From: Promethearchaeota archaeon
GTDB lineage: Archaea; Asgardarchaeota; Lokiarchaeia; Sigyniarchaeales; SOKP01
DNA: 64,000 nt
Assembly: GCA_048938025.1 (NCBI GenBank)
Contig: JBHLMP010000004.1
Location: 44,903-108,902, forward strand
Direction of reading: 5' to 3'
In this document: one piece after another, positions 17,026-27,660 of the stretch
Layout: each line of letters starts with the position of its first letter
Position numbering within the stretch: position 1 is the first letter of the stretch
Position numbers and translations under genes: made by a program
Notes under the pieces: generated by a model
Database searches by the model: none
The model's input: the letters and a program-made list of their open reading frames with translations, nothing else
Told to the model about the DNA's origin: nothing

Positions 17026-20000
17026 CTAAGATTCAGTTTTAAGTGATATTAATTCTTTCTCTTCTTCAAATAGTGGTAAAATCTCTAGCATCTCATTAAT
17101 TTTTGGCAAAAATCTTTCCATTTTATATAATTTAACATCAAGTAAAAACAAGATTAACAAGATATAAAAAGTATCTTCAACTAACTTTCTATTTATTCCT
17201 AAACTATTTAAGAAATTATTCACGTTATCTCTAATGAGTTGTATAGATTCTCCTGCTTTTAATAAAGATAAACCATGGAGAAGTATTAATAGCGAACTAG
17301 TGTTATAATCTTGTCTTTTAGAAATTGTAATAGCTAAATCAAAATATGTTTTACCCGCTTTTTTGAATTCTTTTATTTCTAATAAACTTAATACGTCAAG
17401 ATAATATCGTTTTCTCATAGCTTTTCGTTTAATATAAAAATCACTTTTTTCTCTTCGGATATCTACTGTTTTAGATTTTATTTTGGCAAATCTTTGATCT
17501 ATTTCTATTTTAAATTTTTCTTCTACTTGTTCAATAGATTTTTCACGTATAACTTCTTTTTTGTAATCCTTACCTAAATAATCATAAAGATATTCCAATT
17601 CCTCTTCGAATAGTGGTAAATTCTCTATATAGGAGATTGCCTCTTTAAGTTTAGGTTCATCCTTAAGTTTCTCTAATTCTATTATGTATTCTATTAATTT
17701 TATTGGAAAGCTTTCAGAAATAAGTTTCCATAAATTAGATAACTCTTTTTTAGTTTCATTTAATAATTTAGTAATTTCTTGAGTTTTATTTTGTTTCATC
17801 AGTATTAGACTAGCTAGAACTAAAGATACTCCAGCTAAATTATACTTTTTACGTTTATTAAATGTGACAATGTTATTTCTATAAATTTCTAAGGCTTTAT
17901 CGATTTCTTGATTCTTTATAAAATTTAAAGCTTCTTCAAAATATACTCTTTTTAATCCTTTCCTCTCTCTAAATTCTTTTTCTCTGTCCATTAGGGCTCC
18001 TTGTGCTTTACTTTTAATAATTGATAATCTTTCCTTTAATATTTCTGCCTTCTTTTTTTCTTCTGCTTTTTTAGATTCAAAACCACTTTTTTCTGCTTCA
18101 AGGTTAGCAATTCTTTTATGAATTTCCGCTTTATATATCTTATCTTCAATTTTATCATTATATATATTAGCTTGATGTAGATCATCTAAAACAATATAAA
18201 TTTCAGCAATCTTTTTATATACGTCATCCAAATTAATTTTTAATCGCTCTTCCTTTTCTAAATAAGCCGATGCAATATTCCGTATTTTTTTATCTAATTC
18301 TATTGCTTGATTAATCCCAGATAAGTTTTCTTCACGCTCTACAACGTTCAAAGCTTCTTTTTTAATAATTTTTATAAAAAGAAGGCTTATTTGTTTTGAT
18401 TCATCATAAAGCATTTGATTTCTGAAAATTCTATTTGAATTCTCAAAAATACTTTCATTTCTTTTATAAGTCTCTTGTTTCTTAATTTCTTTCAATTTTA
18501 GGATATATAATGGATATACTCCTGTTAAATACTTTTTTTTCATATCTTCCGTAAGATGTTCATATAAGACAAAAAAATCTTCAAAAATTTTTGCACGTAA
18601 TAATATATCTAGAGATTTTGTTAAGATTTGATCACCAATATCTTCTTTACCAATCATTTTAAGATAATTAGCTTGATTTTTAAGAATATTTGCCGCATTT
18701 AAATGTTCATTTAGCTCTATTAATTTATTAGCTTCTTTGATTTTCTGAGAATTCATGTCCACAATAATATTTAATTCAGCTTCTATAAATTCACCTAGTA
18801 AATCTACTCCTTTTTTAAGATTTTCCTCTATTTCCTTTTTCTTTGATACTTTATACTCATCTTCTGCTATTGAACTTAATTTTGTTAAGTTTTTCTTTAA
18901 TTTTAAAGAACTTAATTTACTAATTAAAATTGTAGAAATACCAAAATTATATTCTTTAAGAAATAAGGTTATCAATTTTTCCAATATTGAATCTAGATTT
19001 TTCTTTTCTACATTATATGATTCATATAAGTTTTCAATTTCATCATAAGTTTGTTTTGCAGCATAAATCTCATTTTGATTAACCTGTTGTTTTAAGAGTC
19101 TTATTAATATATCACTTAATTTCTCTGTTAATTTTTCTATTTCTTCAGATAATCCCTCGCGTTGGTATTTATCTATAGCTCGATATAACTGTTCTCTTGC
19201 CGATTCAAAATCATTTACATTTACTAAGAAATCTCCTTCATCTCTAATTTTTTTTGAGATCTCCTTCAGGATAGTTAACATTTCTTTATGGGATAAACTT
19301 TCAAGAATTCTAAATGCATTTTCAACCCTACAAGCGGAAATCCAAGAATTAATAGATAATCTAAAAGCCTCATGAATTATTTTATCATCTTGTAATTCAA
19401 TGCTGGACCATTGTGCCGCTTTTTCATATATTTTCGCTGCTTCTTCATATTTTCCCTTATTAAATAACCGATTACCATCAGTAATCATTGCTTCAGCATA
19501 TAGCTTTTTATAATTTATTGATTTCCTTCTGTCAACTTTTTCTAAGATTTTACTTGCTTCTAAATATAAGTTGAGTTTTGAATAAAGATAAGCTGCTTGC
19601 TCACTAAGGATAAAATAATCTTCTTTATTATAAATATCAGCGATAAGAGCTGCTTTTTTTACAGCTTGAGCAGCATAATAATAATTTTTGTTATCATAAT
19701 AAATATTTGCCATTTGGATAAATATTGGAAATCTCATCCATGCATTTTCAATATTTAATGGAGAATCACCATTAATCATAGCTAAACATAGAGCTTGAAG
19801 TGCTTGATGAAAATTTTTAGGTTTTAAATTTACGAAAGCTTCTAAACTGAGATAATTGACCCAAATTGTTTCCAATAACTCATTTACAGACATTGGGAGA
19901 ATGCCATTTTGATCATAAAAAATTATAACTGTTGGTATATCTCTTTTAACTGAAAAAATTTCGGGAAGAAGCATTTTAAATAATTCAAATTCTCCTATTT

Positions 20001-20241
20001 CTAAAGGATTTAAAAAATAAATAATTCCATCAGCAGTAGGAAGTAGCTCATCAAAATCAGCTGTAATATTTGTAATTACATCAACTTCTAAATCGCAATA
20101 ATCTTCTAAAACCTTTATTTCCCTGTACCATTCATTATAAGATTCTTTTTCTTCTCCAATTTCATTAAAAGCTTCAGAAATATAAAGGTTAGAGATTTCT
20201 GGATTGCCTGAAAAGATCAAGATTTTGAAGATATATCGCAT
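17026..20241 (-). CDS. large TPR/alpha-solenoid protein with degenerate N-terminal small-GTPase-like domain
   Basis: N-terminal YIFKILIFSG...ADGIIYFLNP...IPTVIIF; TPR-like YEEAAKIYEKAA; duplicated C-terminal module ending LPLFEEE. Confidence 0.7.
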   Translation of the reverse strand: MRYIFKILIFSGNPEISNLYISEAFNEIGEEKESYNEWYREIKVLEDYCDLEVDVITNITADFDELLPTADGIIYFLNPLEIGEFELFKMLLPEIFSVKRDIPTVIIFYDQNGILPMSVNELLETIWVNYLSLEAFVNLKPKNFHQALQALCLAMINGDSPLNIENAWMRFPIFIQMANIYYDNKNYYYAAQAVKKAALIADIYNKEDYFILSEQAAYLYSKLNLYLEASKILEKVDRRKSINYKKLYAEAMITDGNRLFNKGKYEEAAKIYEKAAQWSSIELQDDKIIHEAFRLSINSWISACRVENAFRILESLSHKEMLTILKEISKKIRDEGDFLVNVNDFESAREQLYRAIDKYQREGLSEEIEKLTEKLSDILIRLLKQQVNQNEIYAAKQTYDEIENLYESYNVEKKNLDSILEKLITLFLKEYNFGISTILISKLSSLKLKKNLTKLSSIAEDEYKVSKKKEIEENLKKGVDLLGEFIEAELNIIVDMNSQKIKEANKLIELNEHLNAANILKNQANYLKMIGKEDIGDQILTKSLDILLRAKIFEDFFVLYEHLTEDMKKKYLTGVYPLYILKLKEIKKQETYKRNESIFENSNRIFRNQMLYDESKQISLLFIKIIKKEALNVVEREENLSGINQAIELDKKIRNIASAYLEKEERLKINLDDVYKKIAEIYIVLDDLHQANIYNDKIEDKIYKAEIHKRIANLEAEKSGFESKKAEEKKKAEILKERLSIIKSKAQGALMDREKEFRERKGLKRVYFEEALNFIKNQEIDKALEIYRNNIVTFNKRKKYNLAGVSLVLASLILMKQNKTQEITKLLNETKKELSNLWKLISESFPIKLIEYIIELEKLKDEPKLKEAISYIENLPLFEEELEYLYDYLGKDYKKEVIREKSIEQVEEKFKIEIDQRFAKIKSKTVDIRREKSDFYIKRKAMRKRYYLDVLSLLEIKEFKKAGKTYFDLAITISKRQDYNTSSLLILLHGLSLLKAGESIQLIRDNVNNFLNSLGINRKLVEDTFYILLILFLLDVKLYKMERFLPKINEMLEILPLFEEEKELISLKTES

Positions 20242-20466
20242 TTTTTTAAATAGTTATCAATTTTTTTTTAATACTTATTGTATAAATAATTATGATTCTT
20301 TTTTATTTTTATTTTATAACACAGATGGATATTGATTACAATTCACTCATAAAATTAAGAATATAAAACTTATGATAAAATTTATTATTAGAAGGTTTCT
20401 TTTAAATATAATTATTTAAATTCAAGGATTTATAAAATTTTTTAAGGACAAACTGGAGATTCAACA

Positions 20467-21129
20467 TTGGATTACATTGAAAGGAATTATCATATTATTG
20501 AACAAAGAATGATTGAGCAAATGGAACATTCTATAGAATTAGGAAGACAGTTAATTGAGACAGAATTGGATACAGGGCTATTAAACTTTATCATAAAACC
20601 TATAGTAAAGACTTTTTATGATTTTTGGGCTAAAAATGATGCAAGGTCTGGAACTTTAAGGCAAATTAAAGTTACTTTAGACTCCGGCAAAAATTTATTA
20701 CTTGTTAGTAATTTAGAACAAAATTTTGATAAAATTGTTGAAGAATGCTTTCCAAAATATTTTGAAGCCGATCAAACCTCACGTCAATGTAATAAGCGGC
20801 ATAAAAATTATGAAAGATTAAAACAAGTCTCAAAACAGACTTTTACAAATTATTTGAAAGAAGTAATAGCACTATTAAAGGTTGAGGATAATATTGATAA
20901 TTATGGTGATTTGTGTAGAACCGTATTTAAATCGAAAGAAGAAGCTGAAAAAAATCTCATGAAACAACTAGAATATACAGATAAAGGTATTAAAATAATA
21001 GAGGAGGATCATTCTTTACTGAATTTACCACTAGGGAGAAGGATTATTGTTAGTGCTTTAAGGAAGGGATTTGAGCAAACAAAAAAAGAATTTATTAAAG
21101 CACTTGATGATACATATAATCAAAAATAA
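20467..21129 (+). CDS. hypothetical protein, tandem paralog 1
   Basis: TTG start after GGAG SD; aligns end to end with 21235..21891. Confidence 0.8.
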   Translation: MDYIERNYHIIEQRMIEQMEHSIELGRQLIETELDTGLLNFIIKPIVKTFYDFWAKNDARSGTLRQIKVTLDSGKNLLLVSNLEQNFDKIVEECFPKYFEADQTSRQCNKRHKNYERLKQVSKQTFTNYLKEVIALLKVEDNIDNYGDLCRTVFKSKEEAEKNLMKQLEYTDKGIKIIEEDHSLLNLPLGRRIIVSALRKGFEQTKKEFIKALDDTYNQK

Positions 21130-21234
21130 TTAAATTATTAACTTTTTAGATAATTTAGAATAATATACAACCTATTTTTCTTAAAATAATAAAAAAATAA
21201 TTTTTACTTGATCAGTTCTGCTGGAGAATAAACC

Positions 21235-21891
21235 ATGGATTATTTGGAAAGAAACTATAAAATTTTAGAACAACGAATGATTGATCAAATGGAAATTTCA
21301 CTCAATTATGGAAAATCCCTTATTGATTCTGAATTGAATGTTGGTGCTTTGAATTTTATAGTAAAACCTGTTGTAAAATCATTTTACAAATATTGGAGTG
21401 ATAAAGACGCACGTATCGGTACATTAGAACAGATTAGAGTTACACTTGATTCTGCACTAAGAATAGTGAAAGATGGTGCTTCTAACGAACTATTTGATAA
21501 AGTACTAAGTAAATATTTTCCAATCTACTTGGAAAATGACCAAACAGACCGTCAATGTAAAAAAGATCATAAAAATTATCCGAAATTGAAGGATGTTACG
21601 AAAAAATGCTTTATTGCCCAAGTTGAAGAAAGTATTTTGTTTTTAAAGGTTAAAGAAGAAATAGGTAATTATGATGAATTATCTAGAGCAGCATTTAAAA
21701 CAAAAGAAAAAGCATATCAAGCTTTAAAGCGTCAGTTGGATTTCAATGATGTTGGCATCTCAATTGTAGAAGAAGATGATACAATTTTAAAAGTTCCTAT
21801 GGGCAAAAATATAATTTTAAAAGTACTTCGAAAGGGATTTGAGTTAACAAAAAAACAATTAATAGAAGAACTTGATACTATTTTTAATTAG
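21235..21891 (+). CDS. hypothetical protein, tandem paralog 2
   Basis: GGAG SD; shares MDYxERNY, DQTxRQCxKxHKNY and LRKGFE with the upstream gene. Confidence 0.8.
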   Translation: MDYLERNYKILEQRMIDQMEISLNYGKSLIDSELNVGALNFIVKPVVKSFYKYWSDKDARIGTLEQIRVTLDSALRIVKDGASNELFDKVLSKYFPIYLENDQTDRQCKKDHKNYPKLKDVTKKCFIAQVEESILFLKVKEEIGNYDELSRAAFKTKEKAYQALKRQLDFNDVGISIVEEDDTILKVPMGKNIILKVLRKGFELTKKQLIEELDTIFN

Positions 21892-21922
21892 AACAAGGAA
21901 AAAGTAAACATTTGATATTATT

Positions 21923-22984
21923 TTGACAGAAGAAGCTAATGGAAATGAAGAAAAAAGTCTGTTAAGAACTGTTTTCTTAAATCTCTTAATTAATATTTTC
22001 ATTATTATGACCTATGTATATATTTCAGAACCTTTTGGATCAATCTCAACCAGTTTTATTAAAAGCCAAGATTTTGAAATAGAATTTGGAGTGATACTGC
22101 TTATTTTTACATTTTTATCTTTTCTAGCAGGATCTTATCATGGATTTATAGCTGGTTTTTTAGGTGAATTACTATATCAACTAGCTTTTTATCATGAATT
22201 ATATCTTGAGTGGTGTCTGATTGTTGCTATTTTAGGTTTTTTATGTGGCATATACAAGTATAAACCTTTAAAATATCAAGAAGGAATGAAAACTTATTAT
22301 ACATTTATTATACTAATTGCCATTTCGTTTTTGATAACTGGCATTATCATTTTGTTTTATTACATATTACATCATAGTGAATTTAGTAATGAAACTATAA
22401 TTTTAAATTTTGGTTTCAAATTTTTTATCCAAGCTCTTCTTTCAATTATATTTATAGTTCCTCTGCTTCTCGCATTATATGATAGAGTTTTAGCCAAAGA
22501 AGAAAAATTTATCTATAATATGTTTCTAACTCACCATCCTGTTTCAGCAAGCGACCATACTTTTTATTTTAAATTTGGGAGAACCAGAATTTATCTATGT
22601 TCAAGGTGTTCTGGAGTAATTTTAGGTGGGATTATTGCACTATTTTCAACTTATTTAATAGAAAATATATTTAATTCTGGATTTAGTCCTGAATTAGCAG
22701 TATTTCTTTGTGTTGTGTTACCAATTCCCGGTATTATTGATTGGGGAACCCAAAGGTTGCTATTAAGGAAAAGTACAACTGCTTCAAGATTATTTACAGG
22801 ATTTATTATTGGAAATGCCTTACATTTTATGTCATTTACAGATAAATATTATTTCTTCATTTTATTCCTTGTTATGTTTTATTTCGCTGTTTTTTTTCTA
22901 ATATCATATCTCGGTCATAAAAAAGAATTGAAATTATTAAAAGCTGAAGTAGAAGGATTTTCTTCTGAAGAGAAAGGTTATTAA
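21923..22984 (+). CDS. membrane protein: ECF S-component-like N-terminus plus DUF2085-like C-terminus
   Basis: Multi-TM; GFIAGFLGELL in the N-terminal half; LCSRCSG, DWGTQ and SRLFTG in the C-terminal half. Confidence 0.65.
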   Translation: MTEEANGNEEKSLLRTVFLNLLINIFIIMTYVYISEPFGSISTSFIKSQDFEIEFGVILLIFTFLSFLAGSYHGFIAGFLGELLYQLAFYHELYLEWCLIVAILGFLCGIYKYKPLKYQEGMKTYYTFIILIAISFLITGIIILFYYILHHSEFSNETIILNFGFKFFIQALLSIIFIVPLLLALYDRVLAKEEKFIYNMFLTHHPVSASDHTFYFKFGRTRIYLCSRCSGVILGGIIALFSTYLIENIFNSGFSPELAVFLCVVLPIPGIIDWGTQRLLLRKSTTASRLFTGFIIGNALHFMSFTDKYYFFILFLVMFYFAVFFLISYLGHKKELKLLKAEVEGFSSEEKGY

Positions 22985-23027
22985 TGCTATAATTTACAAA
23001 GAAATACAAAATAATTAGATTCGAAAA

Positions 23028-23558
23028 ATGAAGGTTAAAGAACCAGAAAATGTAATATTTATTCATGGACTCGAAAGTTCTGGTCATGGGTTTAAAGCTC
23101 AATTTTTAAAAAAGCAAATACCTGGGATAATAACACCTAGTTTCAAACAATTCATCCCAGGTATTTCATATAAAATTTTGTTGAAAAAGAGGATGAGCCA
23201 GTTAAATGAAATATTAGAAAGAAAGAATTTATGGATAATTATTGGATCAAGCTTTGGAGGATTAATGGCAGTACTTTATACATGTCAATACCCTTTCAAA
23301 ATCAAACATCTGATTCTTCTTGCCCCTTATTTAGCTACCCCTGAACTAGATCCTGAAAATTTTTCAAATTTACCTCTTAACATTCCTATAATTATTTATC
23401 ACGCCAGACAAGATAAAGTCGTTTCAATGAAAAAGTCTCGAGCAAGAGCAGAACAACTTTTCTCAAATATTACTTATCATATAATTGAAGATGATAATCA
23501 TAAACTCCAATCCACTGTACAAAGAATAAATTGGAAAGAATTGATTCAACACATTTAA
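23028..23558 (+). CDS. YqiA/YcfP-like alpha/beta hydrolase
   Basis: FIHGLESS, GSSFGG nucleophile elbow, D and H catalytic candidates. Confidence 0.85.
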   Translation: MKVKEPENVIFIHGLESSGHGFKAQFLKKQIPGIITPSFKQFIPGISYKILLKKRMSQLNEILERKNLWIIIGSSFGGLMAVLYTCQYPFKIKHLILLAPYLATPELDPENFSNLPLNIPIIIYHARQDKVVSMKKSRARAEQLFSNITYHIIEDDNHKLQSTVQRINWKELIQHI

Positions 23559-23695
23559 CTTAGAAAATTGAAATTTGGAATTTATTATCTATTTCTCTTT
23601 TTGCAATAATTTTTAAAAACTGGACTCCATTTTTTTTAAAATTATTCATTAACATCATTTTATTAACATTTAAAAATCTAAAAAGTGTAATAAAG

Positions 23696-24226
23696 ATGGA
23701 TTGGAGTAATATTGCTGATAAAATTTTTTTATGGTATAATGAGTTTATAGAATGGTATTTAGTACAGCCAATTTATGGTCAGATATTAGTAATTATTGGA
23801 ATTTTGGCACTTTTAGCATTAATAATTACTCTTGTTTATTATCTAATAAAAGGTATTAGTTATTTAATATACTATGCTCTTAAGGGGGTCTATTATCTTC
23901 TTAAGGGTGTTGGCTTTGGTTTTTATAAATTATGTGAAGGTTTTTATTATTTAATATCGGGTAAACCAAAGCCTAAAACGCAAAAACAGGACGTAAGTAC
24001 CCTAAATAAGAAATCTTATGAAAAATCTGAAGATTCGAACAAATTAATGGAAAATCACCCTAATATTATGTACTGCAATATCATATATTGCAATGAGTGC
24101 GGAAATAAATTTTCCGAAAAGATGCATAATAATTTAAAAACTAACGGAATTACTTTCTGTGTACATTGTGGAAAAAGATTTGAATTAAATGTAACTCCAA
24201 AAAATTCAATTTCTATTTATCCTTAG
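23696..24226 (+). CDS. membrane protein with C-terminal zinc ribbon
   Basis: N-terminal TM; CNECG...CVHCG. Confidence 0.7.
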   Translation: MDWSNIADKIFLWYNEFIEWYLVQPIYGQILVIIGILALLALIITLVYYLIKGISYLIYYALKGVYYLLKGVGFGFYKLCEGFYYLISGKPKPKTQKQDVSTLNKKSYEKSEDSNKLMENHPNIMYCNIIYCNECGNKFSEKMHNNLKTNGITFCVHCGKRFELNVTPKNSISIYP

Positions 24227-24295
24227 TCGTATTAAAATCAAAAAAAATTAAAAGAAGCAAATAAAAACAATATTATATAGGTGTAGTTAAATAAT

Positions 24296-25897
24296 ATGTC
24301 AAAAAAATTGTTTGTATGCCGTGAATGTGGATATGTTTTTCCAGAACAACTATCTCATTTAATAGAACAAAATATTCAAGTATATTGTGAGAGATGTGGT
24401 TCACCATTTGTTCTAGAAGGAGTTGAATTTAAACCAGCACCAGTTCCATATAGGAGAAAACCATTACCTTCTCCATTAAGCATATCACAAAAAGATTCAA
24501 CTGTACTAAATAAGATAATCCAATTATTAAACAAAATTGCATTTATCCCTTTATTTATATTCACTTTCGTTAGTTTTAGTTTAATTTTTGGAGTAATTTT
24601 TGATCCCGATAATTGGTTTGATATTTTTTTCAGATACGCTCTTCAAGGAATTATTGGGCTTTCCATTTTAATTTATGATAGAGCTTACATCTCACCAAAA
24701 ATAAAAGAAAGAAAATTTAATGAGATATTTATTGATGCCTTTTGTTGGGGAATATTAGGTTGTGTACTTTACGGTACAGGCGTAATTATTCTTATTAAGG
24801 GCATATTTATCATGCTCTATGTTATAACTGATCGAGAAAATAAAGACTTTAAAGCTTATGATTTTGGATTACTTATTAAAAATTCATTAAATTATTTTTC
24901 AGCTAAAACTGGATTGTTAATAATTTTATTGGGAATATATGGTGTTTATCTTGGTGAATTGTATTTAGTAAGAAATGCCGCTAGAACAATAATTATAGAA
25001 TATCCGGTTTATATAGAAATATCTCGTATGCTATTAGCCTTAATTGTCTTACTAATAATAGCATTAATAGCAATTATAATTGACGCTAAGTCAAAACATA
25101 AAATTAAGGAGAAAAGAGAATTTAAAAAAAGAGATGCTGTTCCTGTAATTATTCGCGGAATATTTGGTACCATATTTTTTGCGGCTGGTATTTTTATTCT
25201 ACTGAAAGGAATATTTCTGTTTCTCCTTACTTTTGGTAAGCCTTCTGAAATTAGAAAAGTTATTCCTAAAGAAGAAGAACAAGTATATTATTTTCAGCCA
25301 TATAAACAAATTGAGCCACCAGATAGAGTCATTCCTAAAGAAAAAGAAGTTGAGTTTCAAGAACCTTCTAAACCTGTTATTAGTCAGCCACCCTCAGCAA
25401 TTCCGCCTAAGGATAAAGTTTTAAAGATTGAGCAACAAAAAGATGTAACGCTTGAGTTAGGTAGAATTGAAAAAGAAGATAAGAAAAAATATAAAAAAGA
25501 AAAAGAAATAAAGGAAAAAGAATTTGAATTAAAACTGCATGAATCTCTTTTACCAGTAAAAGATGAGAAGGATAAGAAATTAGTAAAACAATATTTCTCA
25601 AAAATTTTTACGGTATTATCTAAGGATTTAAGACAACAAATAATTAATCTAAAAATCCCAAAAAAAGAGAAAAAGGAATTATTAGAAGAACTTGTCTTTT
25701 TAACAAAAGAAGAACAAGTTAAATACATCGAAGCCTTAGTTAGTTTATATGAAGAAATACCTCATAAACTAATAGAAAGAATCCGAAAACTCCCTAATGT
25801 TAAACCTAAACATTATGATAAAATTGTGAACCAATTAAAATATATGGATGCTGAAGAGCAAATAAGGTTCATAAAATTTTTAGAGGAAAACGCCTAA
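24296..25897 (+). CDS. zinc-ribbon multi-pass membrane protein with Pro-rich linker and helical C-terminal domain
   Basis: CRECG...CERCG; two repeated TM modules ending ILIKG/ILLKG. Confidence 0.7.
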   Translation: MSKKLFVCRECGYVFPEQLSHLIEQNIQVYCERCGSPFVLEGVEFKPAPVPYRRKPLPSPLSISQKDSTVLNKIIQLLNKIAFIPLFIFTFVSFSLIFGVIFDPDNWFDIFFRYALQGIIGLSILIYDRAYISPKIKERKFNEIFIDAFCWGILGCVLYGTGVIILIKGIFIMLYVITDRENKDFKAYDFGLLIKNSLNYFSAKTGLLIILLGIYGVYLGELYLVRNAARTIIIEYPVYIEISRMLLALIVLLIIALIAIIIDAKSKHKIKEKREFKKRDAVPVIIRGIFGTIFFAAGIFILLKGIFLFLLTFGKPSEIRKVIPKEEEQVYYFQPYKQIEPPDRVIPKEKEVEFQEPSKPVISQPPSAIPPKDKVLKIEQQKDVTLELGRIEKEDKKKYKKEKEIKEKEFELKLHESLLPVKDEKDKKLVKQYFSKIFTVLSKDLRQQIINLKIPKKEKKELLEELVFLTKEEQVKYIEALVSLYEEIPHKLIERIRKLPNVKPKHYDKIVNQLKYMDAEEQIRFIKFLEENA

Positions 25898-25899
25898 AA

Positions 25900-26784
25900 A
25901 TGTCACTTGAGAAAAGAAGAGAAACCAATGGAACTAATGAAGAGGATCTTTTAGAGGACAGTTCATTTAGGCGCTCAGATTTTACTCCTCTTGAATTAAA
26001 AGAGGAAAAAGAAATATTAAAAGCACCAATATCAGAAGATTTAACTGAGATTGAAAAAGACATATTAGAAATTGCAAAAGAAATATTAAAATTAAAACGC
26101 TATGATGCTGAATTTGAGATCGAGTCAGAAAATCAAATACAAAAGTATCCAATAATCGAGAAATTATATGCAAAAAGTATAGCAAAGCTTTCTTATAAGA
26201 AGGGATATAGTAAAGAAGAAATATTTCTCGCAATTCGAAGTTTAGAAGAAAAGAATTGGATAGTTACAAACGAAAGAAGGACGAAATTAGAAATTTTAAA
26301 CAACAAAAAATTAATGAATATTTTAAAATTCATTGAAGACCATCCAGGGATTCATGCGAGAGATGAGAGAATTGAAAAAGAGTTAAAAATCACTCGAACA
26401 CCATTTCTAAAACATGTTATGACTTTAGAAAGATTTAAACTTATTAGATCAAAAAGAATTGGTAAATCTCTACATTATTTTTTAAAAGATCTTTCAGAGG
26501 ATCATGATAAATATAAAATTATCTTTTTAAATCCAATAATTCCTAAAATTATTGAGGAATTCTTTAAAGATGAGTCTATAACAATTTCTGGGATTGGAGA
26601 AGCGCTTGATATTTATTCAGGCACAATACAATATCATATTAACAAATTAAAAGAATTAAACCTTGTAAAAACTGCCAAAAACCAATCAGGTAAAAAAATT
26701 CATTTAGTGAATATCGAAATATTAAAGAAATATAACACGTTTTTTAAAGAACCAGATTTTTCTAGGTTGTTACGTGGACTTTAA
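25900..26784 (+). CDS. multi-winged-helix (ArsR/MarR-like) transcriptional regulator
   Basis: ILKFIEDHPGIH...KHVMTLERFKLIRS and ITISGIGEALDIYSGTIQYHINKLKELNLV. Confidence 0.8.
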   Translation: MSLEKRRETNGTNEEDLLEDSSFRRSDFTPLELKEEKEILKAPISEDLTEIEKDILEIAKEILKLKRYDAEFEIESENQIQKYPIIEKLYAKSIAKLSYKKGYSKEEIFLAIRSLEEKNWIVTNERRTKLEILNNKKLMNILKFIEDHPGIHARDERIEKELKITRTPFLKHVMTLERFKLIRSKRIGKSLHYFLKDLSEDHDKYKIIFLNPIIPKIIEEFFKDESITISGIGEALDIYSGTIQYHINKLKELNLVKTAKNQSGKKIHLVNIEILKKYNTFFKEPDFSRLLRGL

Positions 26785-27660
26785 TTAAAGAAGTTGTTTA
26801 ACTTTTGGTAATACCTTAGTTAACAATTCTATTGCATTATCTATCCCATTTTCCATATCAGGATGAATCTCATTTGAATTAAGCAAGTCAAAATTCGGAT
26901 GTCCGGGTAAGTCTGATACAGAAAGGATTGAAACTGCTTTAAGATTAAACAATTTCCCTAATAAGAATAATATAGAAGATTCCATGTCTATTCCTTGGAC
27001 GTTTATTGATGTCAAAGCTCTTATGAATTCTAAAGTTTCGCAAAATAAAGCATCAGTGGTCCATAAATTAATCTCTTTAACTCTATCAGGTAAAAAGGAA
27101 ACTCCTTTAGTTAAACATAAATCTTTTAATATCTCATTGGGTTTAGATATGAATATAGTATGATTTCCAGCAATTATGTTTTGAAATCTAGCTAAAGGAT
27201 TCGAAATAGAATCTAATTGATTTGCTAACGAAGGATTCGTTCTAATATAATTTGGTGAAGTTCCATCATCACAATAAGCTAATTTTGGGATTAGTATGTC
27301 CCCTATGTTGATTGGATAAATTTCATTTTCAATTCCACCACAAAAGTCAATTCGTATTATCACCTTAGTTTTACAGCGTTTTAAACATTCCATTGTTAAA
27401 GCACAATTAGGAGCTCCAACTAAGGAACGAATTACACTAACTCTTATATCATTTATGGTACCATTATAAACTCTCCCATAATTTCTTTTATTCTGAAGCT
27501 TTTGTAAGATTTTTTTCATTACTAATTTTACTGCAGGAAGTATAACAATCTCATTGATATTAGAAGGGCTAGTTTCTAAAAATACTCTTACTATTTTCTC
27601 ATCTACGCTGATAAACTTTAGTCCAAGATTTAATAATTCACCTTTTATTCTATTTAGCAT
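26785..27660 (-). CDS. nucleoside phosphorylase (PNP/UDP family)
   Basis: GAP, IGDILIP, DGTS, WTTDA, DMESS and VSD motifs. Confidence 0.85.
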   Translation of the reverse strand: MLNRIKGELLNLGLKFISVDEKIVRVFLETSPSNINEIVILPAVKLVMKKILQKLQNKRNYGRVYNGTINDIRVSVIRSLVGAPNCALTMECLKRCKTKVIIRIDFCGGIENEIYPINIGDILIPKLAYCDDGTSPNYIRTNPSLANQLDSISNPLARFQNIIAGNHTIFISKPNEILKDLCLTKGVSFLPDRVKEINLWTTDALFCETLEFIRALTSINVQGIDMESSILFLLGKLFNLKAVSILSVSDLPGHPNFDLLNSNEIHPDMENGIDNAIELLTKVLPKVKQLL

